Made by a program: the position numbers and the translations under genes. This document shows, in pieces, positions 32,108-39,824 of a stretch of DNA of 64,000 nucleotides (positions are counted from its first letter, which is position 1; each line of letters begins with the position of its first letter). Location of the stretch: contig CANOTJ010000001.1 of NCBI GenBank assembly GCA_947570175.1, forward strand, positions 64,282-128,281. Direction: 5' to 3'. The DNA comes from an uncultured Mycoplasmatota bacterium. Lineage in GTDB: Bacteria; Bacillota_I; Bacilli_A; RF39; UBA660. The notes beneath the pieces were generated by a model. It searched no databases and was not told the DNA's origin. It saw nothing but the letters and a program-made list of their open reading frames with translations.

Positions 32108-32116
32108 TGGTATACT
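32108..32116 (+). promoter_or_regulatory. Extended -10 promoter (TGgTATACT) for the pilin genes
   Basis: 'tggtatact' lies about 28 nt upstream of GTG 32145. RBS AGGAGG at 32132-32137. Confidence 0.3.
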
Positions 32117-32144
32117 AAATATATAAGGTAAAGGAGGTATATTG

Positions 32145-32318
32145 GTGAAAGAAGCGACAGGAGAAGCAAGTATGACTGTTGTTGTTATTGTTGTAATCGG
32201 AGTTGTTGCAGCAGCAGCGGCAATTATAATACCAAGTTTAATGCACAATATTAGTGATAAGGCAGATAGTGTAAACAATATTTCAATAGGATATGTAGAA
32301 GCGGGAGGTGATTATTAG
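32145..32318 (+). CDS. flp: Flp/Fap-type (type IVc) pilin-like protein, copy 1 (57 aa, GTG start; not in ORF track)
   Basis: RBS AGGAGG 7 nt upstream. 'VKEATGEAS' leader, then a ~22-residue Ala/Ile/Val hydrophobic helix, then a short polar tail. The paralog downstream differs mostly at synonymous sites in the leader. Confidence 0.55.
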   Translation: MKEATGEASMTVVVIVVIGVVAAAAAIIIPSLMHNISDKADSVNNISIGYVEAGGDY

Positions 32319-32494
32319 TGAAAGAAGCAACAGGTGAAGCAAGTCAAACAGTTATTGTTATTATTGTTGTTGCAATTATCGCAGCAGCGGCAGCTATTAT
32401 TGTGCCAATGTTAACAAGTCAAGTAAAAGAAGGGGCAGATAACATGTCAGCTAAAGCTAGCCCAACGGATCCTTTTACACCTAAAGAACAATAG
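32318..32494 (+). CDS. flp: Flp/Fap-type pilin-like protein, copy 2 (58 aa, GTG start overlapping upstream stop as TAGTG)
   Basis: RBS GGGAGGTG 7 nt upstream. Identical leader 'VKEATGEAS', then a hydrophobic helix. Divergent C-terminal tail 'SAKASPTDPFTPKEQ'. Confidence 0.55.
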   Translation: MKEATGEASQTVIVIIVVAIIAAAAAIIVPMLTSQVKEGADNMSAKASPTDPFTPKEQ

Positions 32495-32508
32495 AGTAGA
32501 GGTTTGCT

Positions 32509-32916
32509 ATGAAACAGTCAATAGGAACCGCCCAGGTAATGACATTCGTGATTATATTTGTTGTCATTACTTTTGTATTTATTATGGCAACACTGCTTTA
32601 TTTAAAGGCTTTTAAGGTTAACAGTATGATTGCTGGTACGTTGGAAAAATATGAAGGATCTAATGCATTTTTTCAAGATGAAATAAAACAAAAATTAAAT
32701 GCCTTAGGTTATGCAGCGGATACAGGTTTTGAATGTCCAAATGGATATGGTAGAGTTGATGAAGGGCATAAGGCTTGTATACGATATAAAAAAACTACAG
32801 GAAATTATTATCGTTATGATATTTTAACTTATATTGAATTTGGCCCACTTTTGGGTGTGAATTTTTCAATTCCAATTCGAACAGAATCAGAAAAAATTTA
32901 TAATTTTAGTAGTTAA
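32509..32916 (+). CDS. TadE/TadF-like pseudopilin
   Basis: 135 aa. N-terminal 'MKQSIGTAQVMTFVIIFVV...' hydrophobic pilin-like helix. Sits immediately after the pilins. Confidence 0.5.
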   Translation: MKQSIGTAQVMTFVIIFVVITFVFIMATLLYLKAFKVNSMIAGTLEKYEGSNAFFQDEIKQKLNALGYAADTGFECPNGYGRVDEGHKACIRYKKTTGNYYRYDILTYIEFGPLLGVNFSIPIRTESEKIYNFSS

Positions 32917-32931
32917 GAGGATGGTGAGTAA

Positions 32932-33363
32932 ATGAGAGAGAGTATAGGTGCATCATTTGTAGTGTATGCTATCGTTATTTTCGTTGCCATCTTTTCTTTA
33001 TTTTTTATTATGGGTTTTAATTATACAAAGGCCTTTAAGATGAAAAATAGAATTATAGATATTATTGAAGAAAATGAGTGTTATGAAGGTGGAGATTGTC
33101 AATCTCAAGAACAGATTTCTAAAGCATTAGCAGATGCTGGATATCGTATGAAAGGTGGACAACCAGCGTGTAATCAGTATATGAAGGGAAGAACTGCAGA
33201 AATTATAGACAATAATGCTAATCACTACTGTGTTTATAAAGTAACAACTTCTCGTGGTAATTATTATGGTGCCGTAACTTTTATGTATTTTGAAATTCCA
33301 CTTTTTAATATTCATAAGGAATATCCAGTTTATGGAGAAACAAAAGTAATGGGTAAATTTTAA
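32932..33363 (+). CDS. TadE/TadF-like pseudopilin (paralog)
   Basis: 143 aa. N-terminal 'MRESIGASFVVYAIVIFVAIF' parallels the preceding gene. Contains several Cys. Confidence 0.5.
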   Translation: MRESIGASFVVYAIVIFVAIFSLFFIMGFNYTKAFKMKNRIIDIIEENECYEGGDCQSQEQISKALADAGYRMKGGQPACNQYMKGRTAEIIDNNANHYCVYKVTTSRGNYYGAVTFMYFEIPLFNIHKEYPVYGETKVMGKF

Positions 33364-33378
33364 GGGAGATGGCTAGGA

Positions 33379-34407
33379 ATGAATGTTATTATTTCTAATA
33401 AATATACATCAATGTTAAATAGTTTAGATATTGATGTAATCAAGAAAATCGAAGGTGAATTTGATGCTGACGATATTATATCGCAATTTAAAAATTTCTT
33501 TTTTCAAAGAATGATTTTAGATATCACAGCGATTAAAAATTATAAAAATATTCAGACATTGCAAAAGTTATCCATTTCTTTAGATATGGATAAAGTAATA
33601 TTATTGTTAGATGATACAGATGAAAGCAATAGTAATTTATATTTATCCAAATTAATATCCATGGGAATTTACAACTTTACTAAGAATATTGAAGGAATTA
33701 TGTATTTATACAATAATCCAAATTCTTATCGTGACGTTGCCCATATACAACAATTGGATACCATAGGTGTAGAACAACCACAACCTCAATCTAGCAATGT
33801 GATTGTTGAAAACTATAATAGTACTGTTCATACAACTAGAATTATTGGGGTGAAAAATGTTACCAAACAATCTGGTGCTACCACACTAACTTATATGCTT
33901 CGAAATCAACTCAAACAAAATTACTCTGTGGTAGCAATTGAGGTGAATAAATCGGACTTTAAGTATTTTAATGATAAAACCTTAATTACAACAACAGCAA
34001 CAGAAATTGGTAATGTGATTGCAAAACATAATGATAAAGATGTAATTGTAATTGATGTTAATGATAGCAAACAAGCAGAAGGACTATGTACAGATGTACT
34101 TTATCTGATTGAACCTTCTATTATTAAATTAAATCGTTTAATGTTTGTAGATCGTTCTGGTAGTGCATTAAAAGCCTTAAAAAATAAAAAAGTGATTTTA
34201 AATCAAAGTTTATTAAATTCAAAGGATGTTTTAGATTTTGAATATGAAGCGGGTTTTAAAGTATTTTATAATATGCCACCTTTAGACGAGAGGGAAAAAA
34301 GTATTCATGCATTAAATAAATTATTAGTTATGCTTGGATTTGGAAAACAATCCGATGAACAAACACAAGAGAAAAAAAATAAAATGTTAGGATTATTTGG
34401 ATTCTAA
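33379..34407 (+). CDS. TadZ/CpaE-like protein (ParA/MinD-fold with degenerate Walker A; possible N-terminal receiver-like domain)
   Basis: 'IIGVKNVTKQSGATTLTYMLRNQL' aligns to the MinD/ParA P-loop position but lacks GKT. Upstream 'KVILLLDDTDE' is receiver-like. Confidence 0.4.
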   Translation: MNVIISNKYTSMLNSLDIDVIKKIEGEFDADDIISQFKNFFFQRMILDITAIKNYKNIQTLQKLSISLDMDKVILLLDDTDESNSNLYLSKLISMGIYNFTKNIEGIMYLYNNPNSYRDVAHIQQLDTIGVEQPQPQSSNVIVENYNSTVHTTRIIGVKNVTKQSGATTLTYMLRNQLKQNYSVVAIEVNKSDFKYFNDKTLITTTATEIGNVIAKHNDKDVIVIDVNDSKQAEGLCTDVLYLIEPSIIKLNRLMFVDRSGSALKALKNKKVILNQSLLNSKDVLDFEYEAGFKVFYNMPPLDEREKSIHALNKLLVMLGFGKQSDEQTQEKKNKMLGLFGF

Positions 34408-34442
34408 CTTTTTTTGATTTTACATATTATTTATTGATTTTA

Positions 34443-34472
34443 TTGACAAAATATATAAAAATAAGTTATGAT
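34443..34472 (+). promoter_or_regulatory. Candidate sigma-A promoter (TTGACA-18-TATGAT) for the T4SS-like gene block
   Basis: TTGACA at 34443-34448. TATGAT at 34467-34472. RBS GAGGAGGAG before ATG 34503. Confidence 0.3.
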
Positions 34473-34502
34473 ATAGGTGTATGAAAACGAGGAGGAGAGA
34501 AT

Positions 34503-34871
34503 ATGTTAAATGTTTTGGCATGCCATTTAGGTGCGAGTATGGACCCTATTATACCAAAGTTTATAACTGCTGCTATAAGAGTTTTTCAAATTGCAATTCC
34601 TATTATTTTGGTAGTACTAGGAATGATTGATTTAGGGAAAGCTGTTACTAGTAATGATGAAAAGCAAATGAAAGAAGCTCAAAAAACATTAATTAAACGT
34701 GTTATCTATGCAATATTAATATTCTTTATTGTGGCTTTAGTTAAGTTTGTATTTGGGCTATTAGCAGACGCTAGTAAAGATGGCGAAGGTCAAAGTAGTA
34801 ATAAATCTGGAAGTGCATCTGCTTGTATAAATTGCTTTTTGAATTATGAAGACGGTTGCCTTAGCAAGTAA
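34503..34871 (+). CDS. VirB2/TrbC-like small membrane protein (T4SS pilin-like)
   Basis: 122 aa. Two hydrophobic helices 'IAIPIILVVLGMIDLGKAV' and 'VIYAILIFFIVALVKFVFGLL' separated by a charged loop. Paralogous to ORF 36110. Confidence 0.35.
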   Translation: MLNVLACHLGASMDPIIPKFITAAIRVFQIAIPIILVVLGMIDLGKAVTSNDEKQMKEAQKTLIKRVIYAILIFFIVALVKFVFGLLADASKDGEGQSSNKSGSASACINCFLNYEDGCLSK

Positions 34872-34946
34872 GATTTTAGAACAACTAAAATCTTTTTTTG
34901 TTGTTTTTATTATGTATATTTGTTATAATCAAAGTAGGTGATTTGA

Positions 34947-36104
34947 ATGAATTTAAAAGATATTACAGCTATTTTTAAAGATCCGAGTAAAAAGTTATAT
35001 TTATATACCTTTGTGTTGGTAGTGCTTTTTGTTTTTATTTTGATAATTGTTTTATTTGTTAGTGTTTTTGGAAACAAGAATTTGAGTTACGAACAAATGG
35101 AGCATCAAATGGTTAGTAGTGCGAAAGACTATGCCACTAGTAAAAAAATACTGATTAAAAAAGATTCGTTTAGAAAAGTAATTAAAATAAGTGCCTTGAT
35201 TGAAAATGAATATATGAAAGAATTAAAAAAATACAATAAAAAATATGAAACTTGTGATGGAAATGTTACGATTACTTATAACGGTAAAAAGTTTTTATAT
35301 ACTCCTTATTTTGATTGTGGAAAAACATATGAAACAAAATATTTGAATGATGAAATTAGGAAGTCAAAGTTAAATGATAATAAAGATGGATTATATCCAG
35401 TAGATGATTATTATGTTTATAAAGGTGAAAATCCTAATAACTATATTAGATTTGCAAATGAATTATGGAGAATTGTAAAAGTGGAAAGTGATGGAACCAT
35501 TAAAATTATTCAAATAAACAATGATTTTGATTCTATCGTATTTGATGATCGTTATAATTCTGCTTGTCCAGAAGATGAGTATAACTGTAATGGATTTAAT
35601 AATTTTGAAACTAGTCGCTTAAAAGATCAAATGTTAGATATATTTAATAATGGTATTGAAGTGGATGGTGGAAAATTTAGTTTTTCTCAATTCGAAAAGT
35701 CTATTATAACCTATCAGCACCTCTGTGTTGGAGCAACAAATGAAAATTTAAAAATAGATGATGGTTATCCTGAGTGTCAAGTAAAAACCGAGAATGAATA
35801 TCCATTTGATTTTATAAAATTGAATGAATATATTATGGCTTCATTGGATTCTACATGTAAAACGATAAAAGATATGCAATGTACAAATTATAATTATTTA
35901 TCCAAAAGGGCTTATTATTGGACAATAACTCCAAGTGATAAAAATACTTACAAAGTTTATTATATTTCTCAATTGCCACGAGCAATTTCTGTAAATGAAG
36001 AATTTAACTATAAATTTGTATTAAATTTATCTTCCAATACTTTATATAAAAGTGGAACAGGAACAAAAGAAGATCCTTATCTTATTAAGAACGTCATAGA
36101 ATAG
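34947..36104 (+). CDS. N-terminally anchored extracytoplasmic protein (hypothetical T4SS-associated)
   Basis: 385 aa. Single N-terminal TM 'LYLYTFVLVVLFVFILIIVLFVSVF'. Cys-containing ectodomain. Confidence 0.4.
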   Translation: MNLKDITAIFKDPSKKLYLYTFVLVVLFVFILIIVLFVSVFGNKNLSYEQMEHQMVSSAKDYATSKKILIKKDSFRKVIKISALIENEYMKELKKYNKKYETCDGNVTITYNGKKFLYTPYFDCGKTYETKYLNDEIRKSKLNDNKDGLYPVDDYYVYKGENPNNYIRFANELWRIVKVESDGTIKIIQINNDFDSIVFDDRYNSACPEDEYNCNGFNNFETSRLKDQMLDIFNNGIEVDGGKFSFSQFEKSIITYQHLCVGATNENLKIDDGYPECQVKTENEYPFDFIKLNEYIMASLDSTCKTIKDMQCTNYNYLSKRAYYWTITPSDKNTYKVYYISQLPRAISVNEEFNYKFVLNLSSNTLYKSGTGTKEDPYLIKNVIE

Positions 36105-36109
36105 GAGAG

Positions 36110-36502
36110 ATGAAAATGAATTTTATAAAAAAGAATCAAAAAAAGATATTTTTGAGTCTATTATTTATTACAATGTTGTCCTCTTCTCCTGTTTTTGCGG
36201 CATCTAGATGCCAAGCCTTTGGTCCAAAAACTGAAAATTTAATACGGCTTGCTTTAAACGCTATTAGAATTGGAGCTCCAATTTTAGTAATCTTCTTAGG
36301 TGCAATCGATTTTATGAAAATTCTAATTTCTGGAGAAGAAAAAACATATAAAGAATCATTTAAAACATTTTTGAAAAGACTAGGAGCAGTAGCCGCTTTG
36401 ATTTTTGTTCCTTATATCATTGTCTTTGCATTAAAAATAAGTGGTATTTTAAATGAATATCAAATTGCAGATAGTAGTATCTTTTGTTTCTTTGATTTTT
36501 AG
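36110..36502 (+). CDS. VirB2/TrbC-like small membrane protein with signal peptide
   Basis: Signal peptide 'SSSPVFA|AS'. Two hydrophobic helices 'IGAPILVIFLGAIDFMKIL' and 'LGAVAALIFVPYIIVFALKI' that align with ORF 34503. Confidence 0.4.
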   Translation: MKMNFIKKNQKKIFLSLLFITMLSSSPVFAASRCQAFGPKTENLIRLALNAIRIGAPILVIFLGAIDFMKILISGEEKTYKESFKTFLKRLGAVAALIFVPYIIVFALKISGILNEYQIADSSIFCFFDF

Positions 36503-36503
36503 T

Positions 36504-36528
36504 AAAAGGTGAAAACCTTTTTTTGTTT
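36504..36528 (+). terminator. Rho-independent terminator (partial/attenuating) after VirB2-like gene
   Basis: 'aaaaggt-gaaa-acctttt' followed by a T-run. Confidence 0.45.
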
Positions 36529-36554
36529 ACATTTTTTTAAATACCACTTAAAAA

Positions 36555-36586
36555 TCATTTTAAAATGATTCTTGGTATGGTATAAT
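36555..36586 (+). promoter_or_regulatory. Promoter with extended -10 (TGgTATAAT) and a perfect 16-bp palindrome ATCATTTTAAAATGAT at the -35 position
   Basis: Palindrome at 36555-36570. 'tggtataat' at 36578-36586. About 38 nt upstream of ATG 36624 (RBS 'gggaggt'). Confidence 0.4.
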
Positions 36587-36623
36587 ATATAAAGAGTAAT
36601 CTAGTTTATACGGGAGGTCATAT

Positions 36624-38966
36624 ATGTTTAATATATTGGATTCTGAAGGATTTTTTAATGATATGATTCGTGATATATTTGCAGCTATTAATAAAGGAAT
36701 TTATTCTTTGATAGCGGTCACTTATAATTTAATAGAAGATTTATCAAAAATGAGTATTTTATCTTATGGAAACATGCAAGAGTTTGCGAAAAGAATTTAT
36801 GCCCTTTTGGGCTTATTTATGCTTTTTAAAGTATCTTTTTCCATTATTACATATATTGTAGACCCAAATAAAATGACTGATAAAGCGGCTGGTTTTAGTG
36901 CTATTATTAAAAACACAGTTATTACTCTTATTTTGATTTTAATTGTTCCGACTGGTTTCTCCTTATTGTATGAAGCACAAGATGCAATTTTATCAGAAAA
37001 TGTTATTCCTAAATTAATCTTAGGGACTGATAAAGATATTTCTACTACTGGAAATACGAAAGATGAATTAAAAATTTATTTTTCTCCAGATTATTGCGGA
37101 GATGTACCGATATATGCGAAAGATACAGGACATTATATATCACTACTTACCTTTAGGGCCTTTTTTCAACCTAATCCTAAATATGATATTGAATCCTTTG
37201 CGGATTCTATAGGTAGTAAAATTTATACTAGATATTGTTTTCCAAGATCAACAGAATATTTACCAGATGATGTTAATCTTGATCTTGGCTCGATAAAATG
37301 GGACCTTGTTAAAGGTGCGATTTCTACAGCAATTTTTCCAGCATTTGCACCACTTAAAGAGGCATTAAAAGGAGCTAAAAAACTATATAATTTATCAAAA
37401 ATGCCAGATGATTTGAACGAATTAAATAATGATATTGTGGTTTATGATTACTTGAATTATTCCCAACTTTATAATGCATCTTCCGCTAAAGCTGATCATG
37501 ATGCAATTGATTTCTTTACACTTAGTTATTATGACTATGATATAGATTTTAATTATTTTATTGCATTGTTAGTTGGAATTGTTGTAGAGTTAGTATTAAT
37601 TGGAATTTGTATGGATGTTGCAGTTCGATCTGTTAAACTGACATTTTTACAATTAATGGCTCCAATTCCGATTGTTTCTTATATTGATCCGAAATCTGGA
37701 AAAGATGGAATGTTTAAAAGATGGTATCAAGAAGTTTTTAAAACTTGGGGGAGCTTGTTTATCAAATTAATTGCTGTATTCTTTGGAGTATATTTAATCC
37801 AACAATTAGATACACTATATTTACTCAGTGGAAGTGCAACAGATATTAAATCAGGAAAACTTTGGATTATGCTATTTCTATTAATTGGTATTTTGATATT
37901 TATGAAGCAGCTTCCAACTTTATTAGAGAGCTTAATCCCAGGAATGAAGAATGCAGGTTCATTTACTTTAAATCCATTTAAAAAATTTACCAATGAAGCA
38001 ATAGGTGGAAAACAAATTTTAGGTGCAGCTGGAGCTGTTGGTGCTGGTGCTTTAGCATTTACTGGAGCTGGAATTGCCCATGGTATTGCAAGGCATCAAT
38101 TTAAGAAAGGATTAAACAAAACTCAGGGAGAAATATCAAATTTGAGAGGAAAAAGACTTGCTAATGCGAATCAAATTCGATCGAATAATTCTCAAATAAG
38201 ATCTCTTAATGCTCAAAAGAGTATATTAGAAGCTAAAAAGGCTGCTACGCCTGTTGCTTCGCGTCAATGGTTTGATCTTGGAAATGATATCAAGAATCTA
38301 AATGCTCAAAAAGCAACATTACAGGCTGATAACAAAAATCTAAGAGCAGAAAGTAAAGAGTTACGAGGCAATATGAAAGCTAAGGTAGATTCTCTAGAGG
38401 CAAAAATTGAAAAATCTAAATTAACGAAACACCCAATTGCAGGTGCTATGGGAAGTATCTCTAGAGGAGCTTTGTATGGAATGAGAGAAGGATATAAAAA
38501 TCCTCGTAATTTCATTAAAAATGCAATTACCGCTACTACAAAAGCTAGTGAAAATCGTAATTATAGAGATAAATATGCTCTTGGGGATAGGGTAAAGGAC
38601 CGTCTTACAGATATTGCGGCAATTAAAAATACATCTGGAACAAGTAGTAAAGTTAAGGAAAGTATTAAGGATGCACAAAATAGCTTAGCAGATGTAACAA
38701 ATAATATCGCTCGTCTAAATAGAACAATTGCCGATTTATCTACTAGAATGGGTGAAGCTGAATTTAACAAGGCAGTTATTACTCAAGCAAATGGCCGTAT
38801 GATGTATAATGATAGTTATCGCCCACCTGCAGGATATAGTGGACCATCTCTTGATGATTTAAAAGCTGTTTTGGATAATTATAACAATCAAAGAGATAGT
38901 CAAATTCAAATTGAAAAACAAATTAAAGAATATGAAAATATTATTAAATCGGGTAAAAAGGAGTGA
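36624..38966 (+). CDS. VirB6/TrbL-like polytopic membrane protein with long C-terminal coiled-coil tail
   Basis: 780 aa. Multiple TM helices across residues ~60-500. C-terminal ~280 aa of heptad-like Asn/Lys/Ala-rich sequence ('LNAQKATLQADNKNLRAESKELRGNMKAKV'). Confidence 0.5.
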   Translation: MFNILDSEGFFNDMIRDIFAAINKGIYSLIAVTYNLIEDLSKMSILSYGNMQEFAKRIYALLGLFMLFKVSFSIITYIVDPNKMTDKAAGFSAIIKNTVITLILILIVPTGFSLLYEAQDAILSENVIPKLILGTDKDISTTGNTKDELKIYFSPDYCGDVPIYAKDTGHYISLLTFRAFFQPNPKYDIESFADSIGSKIYTRYCFPRSTEYLPDDVNLDLGSIKWDLVKGAISTAIFPAFAPLKEALKGAKKLYNLSKMPDDLNELNNDIVVYDYLNYSQLYNASSAKADHDAIDFFTLSYYDYDIDFNYFIALLVGIVVELVLIGICMDVAVRSVKLTFLQLMAPIPIVSYIDPKSGKDGMFKRWYQEVFKTWGSLFIKLIAVFFGVYLIQQLDTLYLLSGSATDIKSGKLWIMLFLLIGILIFMKQLPTLLESLIPGMKNAGSFTLNPFKKFTNEAIGGKQILGAAGAVGAGALAFTGAGIAHGIARHQFKKGLNKTQGEISNLRGKRLANANQIRSNNSQIRSLNAQKSILEAKKAATPVASRQWFDLGNDIKNLNAQKATLQADNKNLRAESKELRGNMKAKVDSLEAKIEKSKLTKHPIAGAMGSISRGALYGMREGYKNPRNFIKNAITATTKASENRNYRDKYALGDRVKDRLTDIAAIKNTSGTSSKVKESIKDAQNSLADVTNNIARLNRTIADLSTRMGEAEFNKAVITQANGRMMYNDSYRPPAGYSGPSLDDLKAVLDNYNNQRDSQIQIEKQIKEYENIIKSGKKE

Positions 38967-38971
38967 TATAA

Positions 38972-39301
38972 ATGAATGGTAATTTTCTAATTCCAGCAAA
39001 CTCAAAAAAATCATTAAAAATTTTAGGGATATTTTATCCCTTTGATTTGATTTTGTTTGCTTCGGGAGTTGGGGTATCCATAATCTTGATGATGGTGTTG
39101 CAAGTATCTGATTTTAAAATTGCAATTCTGTCAATTCTTCCAGGGTGTGTTTGTGGATTATTAGTATTCCCTGTTCCAAATTACCATAATGTCTTGACAG
39201 CCATTAAGGAAATGTGGACTTTTATTAGTCAAAGACAAAGATTTGTATGGAAAGGTTGGTGTGTATTAGATGAAATCAAAAAACTCGAAAAACAGAAGTA
39301 A
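38972..39301 (+). CDS. VirB3-like small membrane protein
   Basis: 109 aa with two TM helices. Immediately upstream of and overlapping the VirB4-like gene, the usual VirB3 position. Confidence 0.4.
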   Translation: MNGNFLIPANSKKSLKILGIFYPFDLILFASGVGVSIILMMVLQVSDFKIAILSILPGCVCGLLVFPVPNYHNVLTAIKEMWTFISQRQRFVWKGWCVLDEIKKLEKQK

Positions 39302-39824
39302 ATATACAGAGTCATTTGTACCAATTAAAAGTATTACAAATGGAATGATTATTTTAGATAATAATGAAAAAGTTACAGGGGTAAAAATTATGCCTACAAA
39401 TATTTTTATCTTAGATTATAGTACTCAAAATGCCATTATTGATAACTTAAAAAACGTTTATAATATGATTGATTATGAATTTTGGATCATTGCAGCGGAT
39501 CGTCCTGTAGATATTAACGTATATTTGTCGCAACTAGAACTTTTATTTAATTCTACTCATGATCAAATTAAAAGAAAACTAATTATGGAAGATATTAATA
39601 AAGCTAATTTATTCATGAATAATAATGTTGTAGATACAGAATATTTCTTATTATTTAAGGCAAAGGATCAAGATAAAATTATGAAACAAATCAGGCAACT
39701 TATTAATGCCTTTGCCAGTGCGGGATTAAATACACATCAAGTAACTAATGATGATTTGAGAGTTATTTTAGATAATTTCTTAAATGGTGGAGTAACCACT
39801 AGTTTTGGGACGGTGATTGGATAA
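39270..39824 (+). CDS. VirB4-family N-terminal domain encoded as a separate ORF
   Basis: 184 aa. Its stop overlaps the downstream ATG as TAATG. Together with the next ORF it equals a full-length Gram-positive VirB4/TraE/TcpF-like protein. Confidence 0.5.
   Translation: MKSKNSKNRSKYTESFVPIKSITNGMIILDNNEKVTGVKIMPTNIFILDYSTQNAIIDNLKNVYNMIDYEFWIIAADRPVDINVYLSQLELLFNSTHDQIKRKLIMEDINKANLFMNNNVVDTEYFLLFKAKDQDKIMKQIRQLINAFASAGLNTHQVTNDDLRVILDNFLNGGVTTSFGTVIG

Noticed and set aside
31955-32278. 107-aa minus-strand ORF antisense to the first pilin gene
   Set aside because: It is the mirror translation of the Ala-rich pilin helix (poly-Ala/Thr/Ile). The plus-strand frame has RBSs, a tandem paralog and synonymous-site variation that support it instead.
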